The position numbers were made by a program, and so were the translations under genes. Shown in pieces: positions 46,826-50,865 of a DNA stretch of 50,865 bases (position 1 is its first letter; every line of letters starts with the position of its first letter). The notes beneath the pieces were generated by a model that was not told where the DNA came from, made no database searches, and was given only the letters and a program-made list of their open reading frames with translations. Origin of the DNA: Acidobacteriaceae bacterium (lineage in GTDB: Bacteria; Acidobacteriota; Terriglobia; Terriglobales; Acidobacteriaceae); the NCBI GenBank assembly GCA_035545435.1, contig DASZYN010000728.1, forward strand, positions 1 to 50,865, written 5' to 3'.

Positions 46826-47254
46826 ATGAAACAGCTTCACCTTGCTCTCATCTCGCTGGTCACGCTGGCGCCGGCATGCGCGACGACGACAACGACGCGC
46901 ACGACCTGGACGGATCCGGCTGCAGCGGGATACGGACGATCCGGTTCAGTCGCGTCCGTCCAGGAGATCGTCCAGCGGACCGAGGGCAACCCGGGCGCAG
47001 GCGCCGTGGCAGGCGCGCTGGTCGGGGGGCTCATGTTCGGAGGCGGACGCGGGCCGGCTGCCGTTGCCGGGGCAGCGGGCGGGGCGGCGGTCGGTGCGGC
47101 GGCCAGTCAGGGCACGACAGAGCAGCGCACGTACGAGATCGTCGTCCGCTTCGATGATGGTGGCTATGGCGAGTTCGTCTACGCGGGATACTCGCCGTTC
47201 CGGCCCGGCGAGCGTGTCGCCGTGACGCCGGACGGTTTGACGCGCGCCGGGTGA
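46826..47254 (+). CDS. Glycine-zipper (SlyB / 17-kDa-antigen-like) outer-membrane lipoprotein
   Basis: MKQLHLALISLVTLAPAC (lipobox). Gly-zipper GAGAVAGALVGGLMFGGGRGPAAVAGAAGGAAVGAAA. Confidence 0.8.
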   Translation: MKQLHLALISLVTLAPACATTTTTRTTWTDPAAAGYGRSGSVASVQEIVQRTEGNPGAGAVAGALVGGLMFGGGRGPAAVAGAAGGAAVGAAASQGTTEQRTYEIVVRFDDGGYGEFVYAGYSPFRPGERVAVTPDGLTRAG

Positions 47255-47268
47255 GCCCGTCAGCGGCT

Positions 47269-48114
47269 TCATCGAACGTCCGGACTGGTGTCGGCGCCCC
47301 TGGTACGTTGCACCTCGGCGTTCAACTCGGCGCCCAGGACGACCACGTAGGCCGACAGGAGAAACCACGTCAGCATGGTGATCACGACGGCGAGCGACCC
47401 GTCGATGAGGTCGCCCTTGCCGAGCCGGGCGCCGAGCCAGGAAAACAGGCCCGAGCCCCCCAGCCACAGAGCGGTCGCCGCCGCGGATCCGACGGTGATC
47501 CAGTGCCACCGCCCCGGTGGCCGGGCGGGCCCGAAATGATAGACCACGGCTAGTCCGAGCAGCGTCACGAGTGTCAGCGCTGGCCAGCGCGCCCAGCGAA
47601 TGAGCTGTTCCGTCACCGGCGGCAGCCCGACGAACGAGAGCGCCATCGGCAACACCACGAGACCGCCAACGGCAATGGCGCCGCAGAGGATCGCCCCCAG
47701 GGTGAACGAGAATGCCGTGATGTTGAGCCTCAAGAAGCCGCGACTCTCGTCCTGTCCGAACGAGAGGCTCAGCCCCGTCAGCAGCGCTCGCATCCCCTTC
47801 GTGGCCGCCCAGGTCGCGACGACGATGCCGCCCGCGGCCTCGATGCTCAGGGTGCCCGTGGAGCGCTCCGTGAGCCGCCCAATCTGGTCGTGGAGCAGGG
47901 CCCGTATGTCAGGGCTCAGCGTTCCAGCCACGGCGTCGACCTGGCGGCGAACATGCTCGGGGTCCGCCAGAAGGCCGTAGATCGACACCAGCGCCGCCAG
48001 CGCAGGGAAGGTGGAGAGAAACGCATAGAACGCGACGCCGCCGGCGAAGATCGATGCATGGTGGCGCCGGGTGGGATCCCGCATGCGACGCGCGATCTGC
48101 CGCCATTCATTCAC
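47269..48114 (-). CDS. YihY / BrkB-family integral membrane protein (start uncertain)
   Basis: ASIFAGGVAFYAFLSTFPALAALVSIYG and YVVVLGAELNAE are family-typical. GTG at 48114 gives a normal-length N terminus. ATG 48084 or the maximal ORF start 48261 are alternatives, but the latter would overlap the divergent channel gene. Confidence 0.75.
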   Translation of the reverse strand: MNEWRQIARRMRDPTRRHHASIFAGGVAFYAFLSTFPALAALVSIYGLLADPEHVRRQVDAVAGTLSPDIRALLHDQIGRLTERSTGTLSIEAAGGIVVATWAATKGMRALLTGLSLSFGQDESRGFLRLNITAFSFTLGAILCGAIAVGGLVVLPMALSFVGLPPVTEQLIRWARWPALTLVTLLGLAVVYHFGPARPPGRWHWITVGSAAATALWLGGSGLFSWLGARLGKGDLIDGSLAVVITMLTWFLLSAYVVVLGAELNAEVQRTRGADTSPDVR

Positions 48115-48196
48115 GCCGCGGTCAATCTGGGTTCGCGAGGCGAGCGGAGAACTGAGCCCGATCCTGACTCGCAGGGGCACCACAGGACCGGCGAGG

Positions 48197-49015
48197 ATGA
48201 AGGGTTCACATCGGTTCGGGCGTACCCAGATCGTACAGGTGGACTCGACCTCTCGCGGCACGCTGGCAACGGGTGGCCGACTCGCGCTGTTCTGGAGCGT
48301 GCCCGCGCTGCTGATTGTCGGTGGAACGATCGGCTACCGGACCATCGAACGCTGGCCTTGGTTTGATTCGTTTTACGTTGCGGTCATCACCCTCACGTCA
48401 ATCGGCTACGGGGACTTGCACGCCTATTCGGTCGGGGGCCACATCCTGACGATTGCGTTGGCGCTCGTCGGGATCTCATCAGTTGCCGTCGCGGCCACCG
48501 AGCTCTTGAGGGTCGTCATCACGGGTGAGTTGAGGGACTCGTGGGCGAGGAGACGTATGAGAAAGCGAATTGACGGGCTCGAACAGCACGTGATCGTGTG
48601 CGGCTACGGCACCCTCGGCCGATACGTCTGCGCGGAGCTCCTCGCGGGCGGCGTCCCGGTCGTCGCGATCGATCGCGCAGAAGCACTGGCTGCCAGCTGC
48701 TTGGCCGGCATCCATTTCGTGCTCGGTGAGGCAACGGCCGACGCCATTCTGAGGCGAGCAGGTATCGAGCGCGCCCGCGCGCTGGTCGCCGCTGCGGGCG
48801 CAGATTCCGAGAACGTCGTGATTGCGCTGACGGCCCGGATCTTGTGCCCGAACCTGACGATCGTCGCGCGTGCGGAGCAAGAGGACGCCGTATCAAAGCT
48901 TCTCCGTGCCGGCGCCACGCGCGCAGCCTCCCCGTATGCCATCGCGGGCGCACGCATCGCCCAGGCGGCATTACACCCGTCGGCCGTCGACGCCGACCCC
49001 GGGATGGGGAGATAG
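48197..49015 (+). CDS. Two-TM K+ channel with C-terminal RCK/TrkA-N domain
   Basis: Selectivity filter TLTSIGYGD between two TMs. Rossmann HVIVCGYGTLGRYVCAELL...VVAID of an RCK domain. Confidence 0.85.
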   Translation: MKGSHRFGRTQIVQVDSTSRGTLATGGRLALFWSVPALLIVGGTIGYRTIERWPWFDSFYVAVITLTSIGYGDLHAYSVGGHILTIALALVGISSVAVAATELLRVVITGELRDSWARRRMRKRIDGLEQHVIVCGYGTLGRYVCAELLAGGVPVVAIDRAEALAASCLAGIHFVLGEATADAILRRAGIERARALVAAAGADSENVVIALTARILCPNLTIVARAEQEDAVSKLLRAGATRAASPYAIAGARIAQAALHPSAVDADPGMGR

Positions 49016-49020
49016 CGGTC

Positions 49021-50376
49021 GTGCGCTGGAGCTCTGCCCGTGGTCGCGGGGCCGCTGCGCCAGCGCCGGCCCCGAGCGCCGCGAAGGCGCGCCTCGGGGC
49101 CTGGGGCATCGTGGGGGCGGGGGCCACGCTGGGCGGCTTGGCCGGAGGCTTTTTCGTCGTGGCCACCACGCTCTTGCTAAAGGCCGGGATCGACTTCGTC
49201 TCCGCCCAGAGCCTCGTCTACATCCTCATCCTGCCGCTGGCCGGCTTGGCCGCCGCGGTCCTCGTGCTGCACGGGCACGGCACGGGCGTCGGGGCCGATG
49301 CGGACGAGGACGAGTTGCGGTCTTTGCGGGCGTTCCCCCACGAGGCCATCCGCGCGGACATCAACGCCGACGTGGTGAGCACCGCGGGCAAAGAGGAGAC
49401 GTTTCCCTGGCGGCGGGCACCCATTCGAGCCGCCGCCATCATCGCCACGGTGGGCTCGGGCGCGGCAATGGGGACGGAGGCACCCGCCGCCTACCTCGGT
49501 GTCGCGGTCGGCGCATTTCTGGGGGACCGCGGCCAGCGCTGGCGGCGACTTCTCCGGCCCGCCGCGCTGGCGGGCGGCGCCGCCGGGGTCAGCGCGCTCA
49601 CCGGAATTGCGCTGGTCGGGACGGTGTTCATGCTGGAGCTCGGCCGGCGCGGGCGAGTGCCGTTCGATCTGCGACGGGTGCTGGCGGCGTTGCTGGGCGG
49701 GATCATCGGCTGGGGGATCGACACCGTCTTCGGCTTCAAGCTGATTCGGTTCGTCGTCCCGGACATGGCGCCATCGGGCGCCGTCCGCGGGCTGATTCTG
49801 GCGCTGCTGGTCGGGGTCGCGTCTGGCGGCATCAGCGCCGCGGCCGGATTGGCCATTTACAACGCAAAGACATGGCGAGCCTCGCCTGGCATCAGGTTGG
49901 CGATCGGGGGATTGGGAGCTCTCGCGGCCGCGCTGGCGCTCGCAAGCATCGCAGCCCCCTCCGCGGCGATCGGTCCGGGCGGAGGCGCCATCGTGTGGGC
50001 CGAGTCCGCTGACCCCCGGGCCTGGCCCCTGGTCGGCGCGTGTCTCCTGCGGGCGGGCATCACCATCGCCGCGGTCGCGGCCGGCGGCTGCGGGGGCGTG
50101 TTCGTACCGTTGCTGGTGGTTGGCGACCTGGCCGGCCGGTTGTTCGCACCGCCGCTGGGACTCGGACGCGATCTCGCGGGCGCAGCGGGAGCAGCCGGCG
50201 GCATAGCGGGCGGATACCACCTGCCATTGACGGCAGTGGCGATGGTGCTTGGCATCGGCGGCCCGGGCCGCGCCGTCCTGACGTGCCTCGTCGCCCTGCT
50301 CGTCGCTACGTATGCGGGCGCGGCCGCCGATCGAGCCTTGCGCGGGGTAGGCAAACGCCTGTTTCCCGAGAACTGA
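49021..50376 (+). CDS. ClC-family chloride channel / H+-Cl- exchanger-like protein
   Basis: GTG at 49021 after GGGGAGA, 6 nt after the K+ channel stop. GSGAAMGTEAP (GxEGP-like), FMLELG and GGCGGVFVPLLVVG (GxFxP) motifs. About 10 TMs. No CBS domains. Confidence 0.85.
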   Translation: MRWSSARGRGAAAPAPAPSAAKARLGAWGIVGAGATLGGLAGGFFVVATTLLLKAGIDFVSAQSLVYILILPLAGLAAAVLVLHGHGTGVGADADEDELRSLRAFPHEAIRADINADVVSTAGKEETFPWRRAPIRAAAIIATVGSGAAMGTEAPAAYLGVAVGAFLGDRGQRWRRLLRPAALAGGAAGVSALTGIALVGTVFMLELGRRGRVPFDLRRVLAALLGGIIGWGIDTVFGFKLIRFVVPDMAPSGAVRGLILALLVGVASGGISAAAGLAIYNAKTWRASPGIRLAIGGLGALAAALALASIAAPSAAIGPGGGAIVWAESADPRAWPLVGACLLRAGITIAAVAAGGCGGVFVPLLVVGDLAGRLFAPPLGLGRDLAGAAGAAGGIAGGYHLPLTAVAMVLGIGGPGRAVLTCLVALLVATYAGAAADRALRGVGKRLFPEN

Positions 50377-50429
50377 CGAACGAGCGCTGGCCGAACCCAC
50401 GACGGCGGTCTCTCGATGACCGCCGACCG

Positions 50430-50865
50430 TCACCGAGAAGTCCATCCGCCGTCCACGACGATCGCCTGCCCCGTGATGTTGCGGGCAGGCGGCGACATCA
50501 AGAACGCGGCGATTCCAGCCAGCTCGTCAGCGCCGATGAATACACCCTTCGGCATGGGGTCGAGCATCACGCGACTGATGACCTCGGCCTCCGGAATGCC
50601 GCGCGCGCGCGCCTGATCCGCGATCTGAGCATCGACCAGCGGCGTTCGAACGTAGCTGGGACAGATCGTGTTGACGGTGATGTCCGCCGCGGCCGTCTCC
50701 AGCGCCACAGCCTTCGAAAAGCCGAGCAGCCCGTGCTTGGCCGCGACATAGGCGCTCTTGAATGGGCTCCCGACCAGGGAGTGAATGCTGCCGATGTTGA
50801 TGATTCGACCGAAGCCCCGCTGTCGCATGCCAGGAAGCACCGCTCTCGTGAGTCGCGCGACGCCG
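50430..50865 (-). CDS. bdhA: Short-chain dehydrogenase, 3-hydroxybutyrate-dehydrogenase-like; 5' end beyond the window
   Basis: SAYVAAKHGLLGFSK (YxxxK), NTICPSYVRTPLVDAQIADQARARGIPEAEVISRVML and ITGQAIVVDGGWTSR closely follow the BdhA pattern. The ORF runs off the right edge. Confidence 0.8.
   Translation of the reverse strand, partial: GVARLTRAVLPGMRQRGFGRIINIGSIHSLVGSPFKSAYVAAKHGLLGFSKAVALETAAADITVNTICPSYVRTPLVDAQIADQARARGIPEAEVISRVMLDPMPKGVFIGADELAGIAAFLMSPPARNITGQAIVVDGGWTSR

Noticed and set aside
48870-50445. ORFs 48870..50012(+) and 49177..50445(-)
   Set aside because: Alternative-frame and antisense shadows of the ClC gene, which has clear TM helices and ClC motifs.
1-50865. CRISPR arrays, tRNA, rRNA, tmRNA
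   Set aside because: I saw no regularly spaced short repeats and no cloverleaf-like or rRNA-like sequence in the intergenic regions I read (138-322, 5111-5401, 19978-20419, 21242-22054, 24759-25108, 32192-32596). This was a by-eye scan only; tRNAscan or Infernal should confirm.

Overview
G+C-rich bacterial chromosomal segment of 50.9 kb. The gene content suggests a myxobacterium (Myxococcota, Polyangia-like): several Hanks-type Ser/Thr kinases carrying PEGA, TPR, AAA or zf-HC2 modules, ECF and other sigma-70 factors, many lipoproteins, and lectin-like secreted proteins. That taxonomic call is inference only. All family calls come from reading motifs in the ORF translations; no search was run.

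Layout:
- 1-14.9 kb, core-like: window-truncated IS630 transposase tail; a translationally coupled operon of kinase, TPR-like protein and cystine-knot-like lipoprotein; DUF3761 repeat protein; ankyrin protein; a 1253-aa kinase-AAA-TPR protein; a GMC oxidoreductase coupled to an alpha/beta hydrolase with a Cys nucleophile; two ECF sigma factors.
- 15.0-16.2 kb: three different decayed IS fragments (IS66 orf1-like, IS5/IS1182-like, IS630 N-terminal part).
- 16.2-34.6 kb, mosaic and visibly more A/T-rich accessory region. It holds an SRPBCC / FAD-oxidoreductase / NTF2-like cassette with a decayed paralogue, an amber-interrupted sigma factor, and a zinc-ribbon membrane protein. It also holds a nucleoside-phosphorylase-fold protein, a lidded tyrosinase and a DUF2182 membrane protein. 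Further on are a Kazal-like/knottin-like lipoprotein and a CBM3-like / sedolisin (S53) / RCC1 protease. The region ends with a diverged second copy of the DUF2182 / Cys-rich gene junction, split by a cassette encoding a chymotrypsin-fold Ser protease plus a small protein that mimics that protease's N-terminal domain, and a YD-repeat scrap.
- 34.7-42.8 kb: a 3'-truncated DUF1501 gene abutting four same-strand secreted propeller / lectin / FG-GAP / discoidin proteins.
- 42.8-50.9 kb: a zf-HC2 (anti-sigma-like) kinase-TPR protein back-to-back with a sigma factor; small lipoproteins; YihY/BrkB; a K+ channel; a ClC channel; a window-truncated 3-hydroxybutyrate dehydrogenase-like SDR.

No rRNA, tRNA or CRISPR array was recognised. 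No complete, recognisable defence or secretion system is evident. The best candidates for undescribed biology are the protease / inhibitor-like / tyrosinase mosaic at 23.6-34.4 kb and the kinase-linked cystine-knot lipoprotein operon.
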